DNA of 64,000 bases, from contig NW_021832832.1 in NCBI RefSeq assembly GCF_006345805.1, positions 35,819 through 99,818 of the forward strand, in the 5' to 3' direction. This document shows positions 36,499 through 49,812 of the stretch, in pieces; the first letter of the stretch is position 1, and each line of letters opens with the position of its first letter. The notes below the pieces were generated by a model. That model was not told where the DNA came from. It ran no database searches and saw only the letters and a program-made list of their open reading frames with translations. A program made the translations under genes and the position numbers. Origin of the DNA: Octopus sinensis (lineage: Eukaryota).

Positions 36499-37062
36499 TA
36501 TATATACTCTCTTATGCACACACGCACCTTCAGGTTGGAGCGAGGTCACTTGACCTTGTTATCTCCCCTACTATCCCTCTAGCGTCTAACGTCTGATCTC
36601 TAACGTTTGACCTCCGATCTCTTACTTCTGAAATCAGAACTCCATGTATGCATGTATGTATATATATATATGTATATATATATGAGAGAGAGATGATATG
36701 TATGCATGTATGTACATATAACGTGCGTGTGCGTATGGCTTGGTTTGTGGATCCCACATTCGTTGGTTCGTTTACGGCATAAATTAGCTGTTCCGCAACG
36801 TAGACCGATAAGATGAGTAGCAGGCTTTAAAACAATAAGTACTAGGGTCTATTCGGTCGACTTAAAGTCTATAAATCGATGCCTCAGTGTCTGACTGATA
36901 TAACTAAAAGATAAAAGGTGTAAGTTTATAAGGAAACACACACTCATACACACACGCGCGCGTATACACTCACTTAACGTGAGACATATGTTGGATGATA
37001 AACACTGATAGATAAACAGCTAGACAATAAAATAGTATTTCAATGTAATTAAGAATAAATAA

Positions 37063-37472
37063 GGCGCAGGAGTGGCTGTGTGGTAAGTAGCTTGCTTACC
37101 AGCCACATGGTTCTGGGTTCAGTCCCACTGCGTGGCATCTTGGACAAGTGTCTTCTGCTATAGCCCCGGGCCGACCAATGCCTTGTGAGTGGATTTGGTA
37201 GACGGAAACTGAAAGAAGCCTGTCGTATATGTGTATATATATATATATGTGTATGTGTGTGTGTGTCTGTGTTTGTCCTCCTAGCATTGCTTGACAACCG
37301 ATGCTGGTGTGTTTATGTCCCCGTTACTTAGCGGTTCGGCAAAAGAGACCGATAGAATAAGTACTGGGCTTACAAAAGAAAGAATAAGTCGCGGGGTCGA
37401 GTCGCTCGATTAAAGGCGGTGCCCAGCATTGCCGCAGTCAAATGACTGAAACAAGTAAAAGAGTAAAGAGTA
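37063..37472 (+). mobile_element. Full-length tRNA-derived SINE, family A (internal microsatellite)
   Basis: ggcgcaggagtggctgtgtggtaag head, ggttcagtccc B box, central (TA/TG)n, tail ggcggtgcccagcat..cagtcaaatgactgaaacaagtaaaagag. Confidence 0.9.
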
Positions 37473-37989
37473 AATGGCACAGATTCTCTGTCCCCCTCAT
37501 ATAAAATACGTGGGGGTGTGCGTGTGTTTGCTCCTTTTCCCTCCTCTTTTCCTCCTTCTTCTTCTTCTCATTCTCCTTCCTTTTCTTCTTCTCCTCCTCC
37601 TTCTTCTCATTCTTCTCTCCTCCTCCTCCTTCTTCTTTATTATTATTATTATTACTATTATCATCATCATCATCATCTTCATCATCATCAGTTTCTGACT
37701 GCTATTGTAATTGTTGTTGTCGTTGTTCTCCATACGCACACAATCTTTGTTGATAACGTGCTCTTTCTGTAATCGTTTTTGGCTATTGCTGGTTAATGAC
37801 GATGTTACTGTTATTGTTGTTCTTCTTCTTCTTGCAGCTGCTATTACTGCTGCTGCTGCTATTTTTACTGTCATTAAAATCTCTTTGGAAGATTTAATTG
37901 CAAAATCCCATGCAATTCGATTTGATCACCATATTATTCTTAATTTTCGTTTGGAATCTCCAGAGTAACATTTTAAAGATAATTCCTCT

Positions 37990-38247
37990 CCTTACTCTCT
38001 TTCTCTCTAAATATACACACATATATATATATATAAATGTACGTATATCCAAACATACATATGTATGTACATTGTATGTATACATACACACACTGCGTGT
38101 GTGTGTGTGTTTGTGTGTGTGTGATTCTATCTTTCTCTACTTGACATGCTCAAGCTGCATTTCATTCAAAAATACGAACATAATCACAAGCTAACGCTCA
38201 GATGCTAAAAGTCTTAGAGATACGCAATCACACAAGTGCACACATAC

Positions 38248-38278
<31 letters not shown>

Positions 38279-38364
38279 CAGTGTATGTATATATATATAT
38301 ATATATTATATATGTATGTATATATATATTATACTATATACATATATACATATATATTATATAC

Positions 38365-38395
<31 letters not shown>

Positions 38396-38396
38396 C

Positions 38397-38429
<33 letters not shown>

Positions 38430-38643
38430 CAGATATAATATATATACATATATATATATACATATATATATAACATTATATATACATATATATATATATA
38501 TATACATATATATATACATAGATTATATATATATAACATATATATATATATATCTATACATATATATATACATATATATATATAATATATAATATACAAT
38601 ATATATTATAACATATATTATACATATATATATATATACGATA

Positions 38644-38675
<32 letters not shown>

Positions 38676-38740
38676 CATATATATACATCTATATATATAT
38701 TATATATATATATACATATATATATATATAATATATATAC

Positions 38741-38779
<39 letters not shown>

Positions 38780-38821
38780 TAGTATATATAATATATAACA
38801 TATATATATATATATATATAG

Positions 38822-38855
<34 letters not shown>

Positions 38856-38930
38856 CATATATATACATATACACATATATATATATACACACACAACATT
38901 ATATATATAAACATGTAATATATACATGTA
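37990..38930. repeat. Degenerate (TA)n/(TACA)n tract; similar tract at 48180-48707
   Basis: Direct reading. Confidence 0.95.
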
Positions 38931-39209
38931 AATACTTGTATTCATATGTCACTCTCTTTCTCTTTATCTATCTATCTATCTATCCCTCCATCTATATGTC
39001 TTTCGCGTTCCTGGAGAAGATTTTTAACTGTGTAGCCATCATTCACTCACTTTTTCTCACTTTCTCCATATTTATCACTTGCAAATAAAACCAGACACGG
39101 ATGTATGCAGAAGTCCATGTAGATATAACCATGCAAACCTACATACATAGATTCACAAAAACAAATACACACACAAACACCCGTTCCCACACATATGTAT
39201 ACAACATAC

Positions 39210-39249
<40 letters not shown>

Positions 39250-39258
<9 letters not shown>

Positions 39259-39467
39259 AAATACGGAGTAAGCAAATAAATGTGAAAAACAAGGTGGAAA
39301 AAAGAGTACTCACACACCAGAGGTAAAGTAATATGCTTTATTTAAAAGCAGCAGAAATATAACAAAAGCTGTTACTGGGAGTTTCGCGTCCCCGTTTGAC
39401 GGACAGTTTTGTTAAAACAGAACAGAAATAACAGCTTTTGTTATATTTCTGCTGCTTTTAAATAAAG
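39250..39467. mobile_element. Penelope-like remnant: perfect 39-bp inverted repeat with a degenerate hammerhead fold at the arm/spacer junction
   Basis: 39336-39374 is the exact reverse complement of 39429-39467. Minus strand 39406-39369 reads ctgt-CCGTCAA-acg-ggga-cgc-GAA-AC-tccca-GT-A-acag. Confidence 0.5.
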
Positions 39468-39630
39468 TACATATATATTATCTATATATTAGAGAAAGGT
39501 ATTATCTATATAGAATACACTTTCTAATGCTCAACAGATTTGAACTTGAGCAGGTAGAAGAATAAATATAAGTACATATAAGTACATATAAATATAAGTA
39601 CATGCAAGTTAGACAAGTCAATATATAAAA

Positions 39631-40102
39631 GGCGTAGGCAAAAAAGATATGCCATAAGATCCTGGAAGGATCCTGGAAGATCCTGGAAGGACTTGTCCCA
39701 AACTTCGGCATCGAGAGTTACACAAATGCCAGAACTGGGCGCCACTGCGTAGTGCCAAGGCTCCAAATTTGCCATCAAGATGTAGGACAAGATCCTGTGA
39801 TAGCCTGGGCTTCCGAGGCCCACAGCTCTTCAATATCCTCCCGAAGAACCTAAGAGACCTGCATGGGGTGGATGCAGATGTCTTTAAAATTAAACTGGAT
39901 CTCTTCTTGTCAGGTATCCCAGATGAACCAACTTCACGACAGGAGGTGCAGATGAGGGCAGCTGCATCGAACTCTCTCATGCACCAAATGGCAGTTGCTA
40001 AAAAGCATTCGTGAAGTAAAACCATGCAGCAACACCAAATGGCGGTGCCCCAGCATGGCCACAGCTCGTGAGCTGAAACTAGAATCAATCAATCAATCAA
40101 TC
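39631..40102 (+). mobile_element. 3' fragment of a CR1/Jockey-like LINE (RT C-terminus, 3' UTR, (AATC)n tail)
   Basis: RRRQKRYAI..WKILEGLVPNFG and GPQLFNILPKNLRDL...FKIKLDLFLSGIPDEP...RAAASNSL, broken by frameshifts; tandem gatcctggaag copies at ~39655-90; (aatc)5 tail at 40083-102. Clade assignment is tentative. Confidence 0.75.
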
Positions 40103-40345
40103 ATACATTTAATACGAAAAAATGTACATATAAAAATCTTCGACTTACACAGAATAGAAACGGTATCAGGAATTTAAGGCGTTGAATATGAGTTTTACGA
40201 GTCCAGCAGCTGTTTCTCATATCATTTCTATTTTGTGTGAGTCGGACAATTTTAAATGTGCATTCTTTGTATGACATGTATTCAATAATATTTTCTGTAT
40301 ATCGACTTGCATAACTCCATTGGCCTTACTATATATATTATATAT

Positions 40346-40384
<39 letters not shown>

Positions 40385-40394
40385 TACAATATAT

Positions 40395-40442
<48 letters not shown>

Positions 40443-40447
40443 ATATA

Positions 40448-40633
40448 TCGCCATGATAGATCGGTAGCCAACACAACAATTTTTTCTCCTTGTTTCTTTT
40501 TTTCTGTGTCCCTTCTGTAGAAGAGCGTAGACTCGAAACGTAAACGACTTATTTCTATTCCTGAGCGTTATACTAATACATCTTTTTGTTTTCTACACCA
40601 CTTGTCTCCGTCTTTTGATTTTTCGTGAGCTCT

Positions 40634-40636
<3 letters not shown>
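40448..40636 (+). mobile_element. Repeat family H1, copy 3 (hammerhead fold at 40512-40546)
   Basis: tt-CTGTAGA-A-GAGC-gtag-ACTC-GAA-ACGT-A-aa; flanked by (TA)n. Confidence 0.7.
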
Positions 40637-40684
<48 letters not shown>

Positions 40685-41368
40685 AGATAGATAGATATAT
40701 AGGTATAGATACAGATATATATAATATCTATATATATATATATATTATATAGCCAACAAAACCTCACAGACAGAAAATGATGATGTTGAAGATGATGATA
40801 ATGATGATGATGACGATGATGATGATATTTAATAATAATAATAAAGAAGAAGAAGGAGGAGGAGAAGAAGAAAAGGAAGGACAATGAGAAGAAGGAGAAG
40901 GAAAAGAGGAGGGAAAAAGGAGCAGGAGGAGGCGAAGAAGAAGGAGGAGGAGGGAGGGAGGAGGAGGAGAGGAAGAAGAAGGAGAAGAAGAAGAATTACA
41001 GCAATAACTGGAACGGATGGAGTTGAATATTCGTTTTAATGGTTTTAATCTTCTTTAGCTTCGGCTGGATAAACCAGGCAACATAGATCTTTCCGTTAAG
41101 CAAGTTTATTGTTACTGTGCAAAACAAGATCAGATTTGATGTGTCAGAAGCATATGCGTCGAGGCTCTTCATATCTTAAATCATATCCGCTTTTCTTCGC
41201 TACAAATTTTATTATCATAATTGTTTCTATGTCAGAGATTTGTATTGTTTCCTGTGTCACATGCACGTTACGCTGTGAGTCTCACATATCTAAATGTATG
41301 TTCTGTTGTGCAGTTGTACTTCACGTTATATCAGTAGGTTACTGATGTGAAACACAGTAGGTTACTAG

Positions 41369-41970
41369 GGCGGCGAGCTGGCAGAAACGTTAGCACGCCG
41401 GGCGAAATGCTTAGCCGTATTTCGTCTGCCGTTAAGTGTTCTGGGTTCAAAATCCGCCGAGGTCGACTTTACCTTTCATCCTTTCGGGGTCGATAAATTA
41501 AGTACCAGTTACGCACTGGGGTCGATGTAATCGACTTAATCCCTTTGTCTGTCCTTGTTCGTCCCTTCTATGTTTAGCCCCTTGTGGGCAGTAAAGAAAT
41601 ATATATCAGTAGGTTATCTCAACCTACCTGCTGCCCCAGAATGGCGACCTTTGGGATTTTCTCCCTGCTTACGACCATCATGCAAGCATTGATCTGCAAC
41701 GATTTAAAGCTGAACATGCACGTTATTTATTTCACTTGGTGGCGGGCTGGCAGAAACGTTAGCACGCCGGGCAAAATACTAAGCGGTATATTTCGTCTAC
41801 CGTTACGTTCTGAGTTCAAATTCCACCGAGGTCGACTTTGCCTTTCATCCTTTTGGGGTCGATAAATTAAGTACAAGTTACACACTGGGGTCGATGTAAT
41901 CGACTTAATCCCTTTGTCTGTCCTTGATTGTCCTCTCTGTGTGTAGCCCCTTGTGGGTAGTAAAGAAATA
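41369..41970 (+). mobile_element. Two family B SINEs (41369-41600 and 41739-41970)
   Basis: The second has a perfect 17-bp TSD gttatttatttcacttg (41722-38 / 41971-87); the first is flanked by cagtaggtta repeats. Confidence 0.9.
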
Positions 41971-42034
41971 GTTATTTATTTCACTTGTTTTAAACTCTCT
42001 TAATTTTTGTTTAGCTGTTTCACTCACAAGACTT

Positions 42035-42603
42035 CGACCATGATGGAGCACCACCTTCAAGGGTTTTAATCGCTCGAATTGACCCCAATACTAATTTTGG
42101 AGTTTGGGACTTATTCTAACAGTATTATTTGCCGAATAGCCAGTTTACAGTGACGTATACAAATCAACACACGGTTGTCGTGCTTTGGTGAGGGGCAAAC
42201 ACAAACACCCTTTTACACTTTTACTCTTGCTTGTTTCAGTTATTTGACTGGAGCACCGCCTTTAGTCGAACAAATCGACCCCAGGACTTATTCTTTGTAA
42301 GCCTAGTACTTATTCTATCGGTCTCTTTTCCGAACCGCGAAGATGTGGGGACGTAAACACACCAGCATCTGTTGTCAAGCGATGTTGGGGGGACAAACAC
42401 AAACACACATACATATACACACACACATATATATAAATATACGATGGGCTTCCTTCAGTTTCCGTCTACCAAATTCACTCACAAGGCTTTGGTCGGCCCG
42501 AGGCTATAGTAGAAGTCACTTGCCCAAGGTACCACGCAGTGGCACTGAACTCGGAACCATGTGGTTGGTAAGCAAACTACTTACCACACAGTTACTCCTA
42601 CGC
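42035..42603 (-). mobile_element. SINE family A (42219-42603) next to an older partial copy; further diverged copies at ~34066-34225(+), 36770-36905(+), 57735-57980(-)
   Basis: Alignable to the other family A copies. Confidence 0.85.
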
Positions 42604-43919
42604 AAGCCAAATAAAAAATCTTTCTCTCTCTCTCTCTCTCCCTCTGCCCCCTCTCTCTCTCTCTGGGAATAAATCATTATGTTCCGGTCTCTGTAACATT
42701 AAATACATACATCATTTAAGTTTGCACCTTGGTCAGATTCAGTAATTAGTGAAATTTACAGATTAGGATGGAAGTTAGATGCAGACTGAAAATTTGGAAA
42801 GAGAAAATGTTATCAAAGTTGTTTTAAATAGTCAAGCAATGACTCATGACAATACAGAATTAGAGGGTTTGTAGATTTTAATGAGAGAGGGAGCTTTGAT
42901 GATAAGATGATAAAATCCCTTGGTATTTTCTACTTCATGATCATTGCAACTCATTTGTTTTGAAGAATAGATCAGATCAATCTTCCAATAGCAAGGGTGT
43001 TCTTAAGAGTAATAAGATCATAGCAGACAAAAGACACGTGGTATGTTCGTAAAATTTCTTCCACCTATCTATATATTATATGTCCGCCCAGGAAGAGTCT
43101 AATTGAGGCTAGTCTACAACAACAATAAATGTTAGTTTCCTATTACCCATTCAATAAATCCTTTCCATTTTGAACTAACCAACGTAAAACCTCACACACG
43201 CACGCACGTACACACACATACATGCACATACAAACATACACGCACCTTCGACTGACAGTTGCTTACAACTTCACGGTATTTGCTAGCATTATAATGATGC
43301 AGTCCTGCATTATACTGCTTGGTGGCTGTGGCGGCGGTGGTAGTGGTGGTAGTGGTGGTAGTGGTGGCGGCGGTGGTAGTGGTGGTAGTGGTGGTGGTGG
43401 TGGTGGTGGTGGTGGTGGTGGTGGTGATGGATTTTGTATCGTGTGTCAGAATAAAGAACGGTAATGATCCAAAGAGTTGATAAGTTGATCTCTTCAGTGC
43501 CTCAAATTATATTACGGATATATTGTTTGAAGTGTTACGACTCTAGAAAATATCTCATCGTATTGATCCCTTTATATAAACACATTCCCAGGATCAATAG
43601 AAGTTGTATTGAAGTACTAATTATTCCATGCTATATCTACTGTGAGTTTGTAATTCACCATATGCAGTAAAGGTTTCTTTAATATGATTTGTCACAATTT
43701 CAAGAGAAGACAGCCATTCCCTGTTGTACCGATCGACAATTCATGTGTTTTAAGTTTTCCGATAAGTTAGGATAAAATGTCTACTTGCTGTAAAATATAG
43801 GTGTGTGATAGAAGTTATTCTGCTAATAAGAATATGCTACATACCAGTAAATACAAAGATGATTGGTAATTGAATTCGTCGTTATTGTATCTGCAGTTCT
43901 TCAATATTAATATAATAAA

Positions 43920-44125
43920 GGAAGAATGCAATGTTTTAACAATTTTTCAGTTGTTTGTGAATACCTGTTAAGGACGATAAAAAGTGTTGAACACGAAATG
44001 GAGTCCTTCTACTAATAAAGACTGTGTAGGGAAGAATGCAATGTTTTAACAATTTTTCAGTTGTTTGTGAAAACCTGTTAAGGACGATAAAATGTGTGGA
44101 ACACGAAATGAAGTCCTTCTACTAA
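43920..44125. repeat. 110-bp tandem duplication (~1.9 copies)
   Basis: ggaagaatgcaatgttttaacaatttttcagttg.. starts at 43920 and 44030, with few substitutions. Confidence 0.9.
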
Positions 44126-44545
44126 GTAACGGGTTCATCAGTTTACTTACCAATGCAATGATTTTAATTATACTGTACACATCATTTTCAGAGATGCTTA
44201 CCTTTTACAAACTTATGGTACACAATGTCTCCAAGAAGAATTGTATCAGCAGGTATACTCAGAAGCTAACAAGACGCCCTCCACTTGACACGTCGAATTG
44301 TTAAAATCAGCATCAAAATCTGTTTCATAATTCATGGATATTTGACTGCTATTTCAACAGGTATGATTACCAAAGTCGAGCCACTTGAAAAATCATTAGA
44401 TTGTCTATCATTAGATACCTTGTATATGTCTTGTTTAGCCCAATCCTGTTTGATCAATAATGAGCACAACAACAACAATAGCACCTATTCTCAGTAATAT
44501 ATATTTTAAAAAATGGTTGTGACTAATATTAGAAGCATTAGCTAA

Positions 44546-45011
44546 GGTGGTGAGATGGCAGAAACGTTAGCACGCTGGGCGAAACGCTTAGCGGTATTTC
44601 GTCTGCCGCTACGTTCTGACTTCAAATTCCGCCGAGGTCGACTTTGCCTTTCATCATTTCGGGGTCGCTAAATTAAGTACTTGTTGCGTTCTGGAGTCGA
44701 TCTAATCGACTGACTCCTAACCCCTTACTCAAACATTTCGGACCTTGTGTCTAGTGTAGGAAAGAATATTAGAAACATTATTCTCGAGGGAAAGAAAGCA
44801 ACACTAATGACTCCCTAATCATTAAATTTTTGTCAGTTAAACCGACTGAAACGATTTACTTGCAATATCTTCTGCATAGCTTGGCAATCCCCTGAGGTAT
44901 GATGGACGTTAACAGATTACATTCCCAGGAATGTGACATACGCTTCATCTAAATACATAGCTGCTGCTGCTGCTGCAAATAGTAATGATGATGATGATGA
45001 TGATGATGATA

Positions 45012-45056
<45 letters not shown>

Positions 45057-45278
45057 GTAATGATAATAATGGTTTCAAATTTTGCCACAAAGGCAGCAGT
45101 TTGGGGCAAAAGGATGAGTCGATTACATCGACCCCAGTGTTCAACTGGTACTTATTTAATCAACCGCGAAAGGATCAAAGGCGAAGTTGACCTCGGAGGA
45201 ATTTGAACTCAGAACGTAGTGACGTGCGAAATACTGCTGAGCATTTCATCCAGCGAGCTATCGATTCTGCCAGCCTTA

Positions 45279-45335
<57 letters not shown>

Positions 45336-45921
45336 TATTATTATTATTATTATTATTATTTTATTATTATTATTATTAATAATAATAATAAGAAGAATAA
45401 GAATAAGAATAATAATGATTTCTAAATTTGCCACAAGGGCACCAGTTTGATGGGAGTGGTTGAGTCTATTACAATTACCCCAGTGTTCAACTGGCACTTA
45501 TTTTATCGAACCCGAAATGAGGAAAAGCTGTTGCTCTCCCGATCGGAAGATCATTATTTCAATTCTGAGACCGGGTGGTGCGTTGATTACGTCGACTCCA
45601 TTTCTCAGCCGAAAATTATTTTCTCGAATTTGAACTCAGAACGGAAAGAGTCGAAAAAATGCTGCAAATCATTTTTGTCCAACGCGATAATGATTCTACC
45701 ATCTCGCTGTCTATACAAGCCTTTTCTGCTATAGACACAAAGCCTGCAAATTTTGGAGGAGTAAGTCGATTACATCGACGCCAGTACTTATTTTATCAAC
45801 CCCGTAAAGGTGAAGGGCAAAGTCAACCCCAGCGGAATTTGAACTCAGAACGTAAAGACGGAGAAAGTGCCGCTAGGTGTTTTGCCCGGCGCCATAGCGA
45901 TTAAGTCATGTCGCCGCCTTA
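44546..45921. mobile_element. Family B SINE cluster: 44546-44764(+), 45070-45276(-), 45418-45530(-), 45720-45921(-)
   Basis: Core matches. The + copy has a ~16-bp imperfect TSD aatattagaa(g/a)catta. Confidence 0.85.
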
Positions 45922-46031
45922 ATACTGCCTGTATAATAATGAGACACAACGAGACGAACAAGTGGAGTTAAATAACTCAAGAAGACAGGATATATATATA
46001 TATATATAAATAAATATATATATATAAATAA

Positions 46032-46104
<73 letters not shown>

Positions 46105-47199
46105 GATAGATAGATAGATAGATAGTTAGGTGTGTACAAGCAAACCCGGATGTACTATTTACTCAAACAATTCATCTTCCTGATTAGATAATGTTTTGTC
46201 GAAGCGAAAATTCCATATCTTAATATTTGTTAAAATGTAAATTCCTGAGAATGGCGATTTTAGATTTGCAATACAAAACAGGTGGAAAACTCTAGTGCTC
46301 AAATGCTTTGCTCCATTCCAAGGAATTTTTGGAATGTAAAAGCTATCTACAGTATCATTACTGAGTAGACAAAATGACAGCAATGATGAAAAAGTAGGAT
46401 GTATGTTGTTACTAGCGTGTCTAGAATGCGTCCTATTATCCATTCTATGTCAAAGTTTGAGTTATTTCCTTCCATTTTAACTTGGCTTACGTAGATAATG
46501 CTCGGGAATTGTATAAATTCCATTCACCTCTGCATCACTATACTTATTAGATATATTGCCATGCTAGAAAATCGATATAAAATTTGATCACAGATTCTGT
46601 TTTCATTTTTACGCCTTAAGTAAAACTGAAGCCATATGAAAATCTATTGTTTTTCATTACTAACAGCTCTAGTTGCAAAAACAACACAGAAAAGAGAGAA
46701 AAACTTTTAATTCAATATCACCTTTCTCTGCGTCTAGCACTTTTATATTAAAAATATCTTAAACCAAACCTGAGATTTTTCTCGGTTTTTTTTAATTCCA
46801 TTCAATACGTAATTTACTTTCGCAAGTAATGTATGACTTGATCAAATTTAAGCATTAACACATATGACATTCGTTTTAACTAAATTTCCGCAATGCTATT
46901 CTTGTCAATCAGAAAATTTATTCTTTATCTTTGAGATATACTTCGTTCTACATATGACTCTACTGCATTGTATTCGTACTCGAAGTACTACTGCTTGTGT
47001 TTTATGTTATACATAAATGGTGACATCTTTCGTCCTGGTTCAAAACAACATATTAATACAAAGCAAAACGTTTACAAAATAAAATCGTATTTTCATACCT
47101 TTCAAGAGAGCATTAGATTTGAAGAAATAACTGAGGTCTGTAATTTAAAACAGGTAATGAAACAGATCCCTATAAAGTGATACGGTCGGGCATTGTTTG

Positions 47200-47880
47200 T
47201 TATAAAGAACCAAAGTCGCATTTTTCCACAATCACAAACGTTCTGAAGCGCTGCAATGTAACATTGGAATTTTTTTCAGAAGGTGCAAACAAACTGAAAC
47301 AGAATCATACAATACACTACCTGGTATATAATGTTATATTATATATTTTTTGTGCCGTAACCAAAGGCAAAAGAAAGAGCCCATAAATATTCTGTGGAGC
47401 ATAGGTAGGAATTACGAATGAAGAAAACATGTTTCATGGTTTATCACTAGGCTAGAGACTTTGTTTGCCGAATACAGGAGAATAGACTCTGCTAAGAACA
47501 CCGAGTTGGCGGTTTGTGGCATTAAACTGGGTTGAGCAGTTAAACAGAGCTTAATTTTATTTATGAGGCGCGAGTGTATGCAAGGCTTTCTGAATTAAAA
47601 TATGTCCCACTTCGAAAAAGAAGTGTGTTTCGGCCCCAATTTGTCAAATGATTAATTGTGGCTTTAACTGATTTCTAAAATCGGTACAAGGTCAGTCTTC
47701 GTGAATAAGTAAACATAAAACCGATAATGCATTTTTACGCACATATTTGGCACCTATATTAAAGCGTTAGAGGAATGGTGGCAAATTTGATCACGGTAAA
47801 ATTAAAGTCGTTATTGCATCGAAAGGAGCAATCTAACAAAATAAGGTAACACATTTACTTCGGTGCCCAACAGTTTTAGA
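47200..47880 (+). mobile_element. Possible highly degenerate Tc1 remnant
   Basis: gtcgttattgcatcgaaaggagcaatc (VVIASKGA) near 47808 resembles the Tc1 transposase C-terminal AVIAAKGG.TKY, followed by a ggtgcccaacagttt TIR-like word. Confidence 0.25.
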
Positions 47881-48181
47881 AATCTTTCCTGTTCTTACTA
47901 AGAATAAGTATTTACTAACTGATGGACCTGGGTAGCAATTTGGTACTTTTGATTTATCAAGTTGGAAAATATTCCAATTCTAATGTTTTCAATAACGAAT
48001 ACATTAGTTGCAGGAATTTATTTCGGCTAATAAAATTATCAGCGAAACATTTAGAGATAATAACGTTATGCCATTGCTTTTTATTGATTCTCCATAAATA
48101 TCAATCGTTCCAATCACGGAAAACAGCAAAATCAAAATATAGCATGTATCGATATAAATATAGATTATACTTGAATAAGCA

Positions 48182-48218
<37 letters not shown>

Positions 48219-48246
48219 ATATATGTATATACATACATACATAGAT

Positions 48247-48293
<47 letters not shown>

Positions 48294-48375
48294 CATATAA
48301 TATATATATATATACATATACATATATATATATATATATATAATATACATATAATATATATATATACTATATATA

Positions 48376-48424
<49 letters not shown>

Positions 48425-48454
48425 CATATACATATATTATATATATATACACAC

Positions 48455-48485
<31 letters not shown>

Positions 48486-48502
48486 TATATATATATATAT
48501 AC

Positions 48503-48558
<56 letters not shown>

Positions 48559-48563
48559 TATAT

Positions 48564-48612
<49 letters not shown>

Positions 48613-48615
48613 TAT

Positions 48616-48654
<39 letters not shown>

Positions 48655-48655
48655 G

Positions 48656-48709
<54 letters not shown>

Positions 48710-49034
48710 ATAAAATAATAAAAACTGGCAGAGAAACGTTTAATGGTATTTATCCTTTTTTATATAGATATTTTCTATTTGCTTTCGTCACCATAAAATA
48801 ATTCTATAACGTTCTTTCACTGAACTTCCATATTGATCAACATTCTTTTATGCAGCAAATAGCAGAATCATATGCCACATCATTGAATTGGCCGAGTTTA
48901 ACGTTCTCTTTGATCTATGCTGGTTCATTACTCAGTTTAGCCATATCAGACAACTTCTATTGAGTCTTCGAAATCTAATAAACTCAACGTTAACATTGAT
49001 GATATTTCATTAATGAAAGTTGTCAGAGAACCGA

Positions 49035-49065
<31 letters not shown>

Positions 49066-49812
49066 TGGAAGCGGCTCTCCTGTGAAACTGAACTACTAAG
49101 GTATATGTTTCGTCAAGTATACCCTCTAATCGTGACTCTAAGAAATTATGCTTTCGAAAATACTAAGGAGCTTTGAGCCCGATTTCACATTTCGTTATGA
49201 AGTGGGCAGCTTTAAGTAGAGTAGAGATCAATCTCGCCACATAAAAGTATGTTCCAGAACATCGATCAGTAGAAATTATGTATTACGTGTCCTGTCAAAA
49301 CTCCAAGAACAATCTAAAATAGATTTAAATTCAAAGACTCTTGAGCAAAATGTGATAATACTTTGATCATTTATCCATTTAAGTTTCAGGTTAATATGGT
49401 TAACATCTTATAACATAATCTGAGTATTCACTATTAAGAATAGCATTTAATAACATATTAATTTATAGAAATCATTAAGGATAGCATCTCATAACAGTCA
49501 TTAGCATAGATTATTTGGGTTAACATCTAACAACACAATCGTTTACATAGTCGGCGAATTAAATGCTTCAGGTTCTATTAGAAGTCAGTATTGATAGTTT
49601 TATTTGCGTTGATTTCGTCTTTCCTCCTTATATTTTCGGAACACCTGACATCCAGAAAGTTTTACATGATTAGCCATTCTAAATGTCGTTAGAGAATTTG
49701 TGATATATCGAACCTTATAGTACAATTATGAAATGCAGGATTCAATACTAATATACATCAAGGGATTGACTATCATTTGCAGGGTTTCTTGGTCCATATC
49801 GAATGTCTAGAG

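Noticed and set aside
47100-47180. ESIRFEEITE as a possible next EF-hand exon
   Set aside because: Does not complete the DTDG-NG.I.F.EF loop and has poor splice sites.
47922-48713. 263-aa ORF and the many YI/IY, poly-I, poly-L and VC ORFs in the track
   Set aside because: They are translations of (TA)n, (TAA)n, (CA)n and similar microsatellites that lack stops by construction; no domain or splice support.
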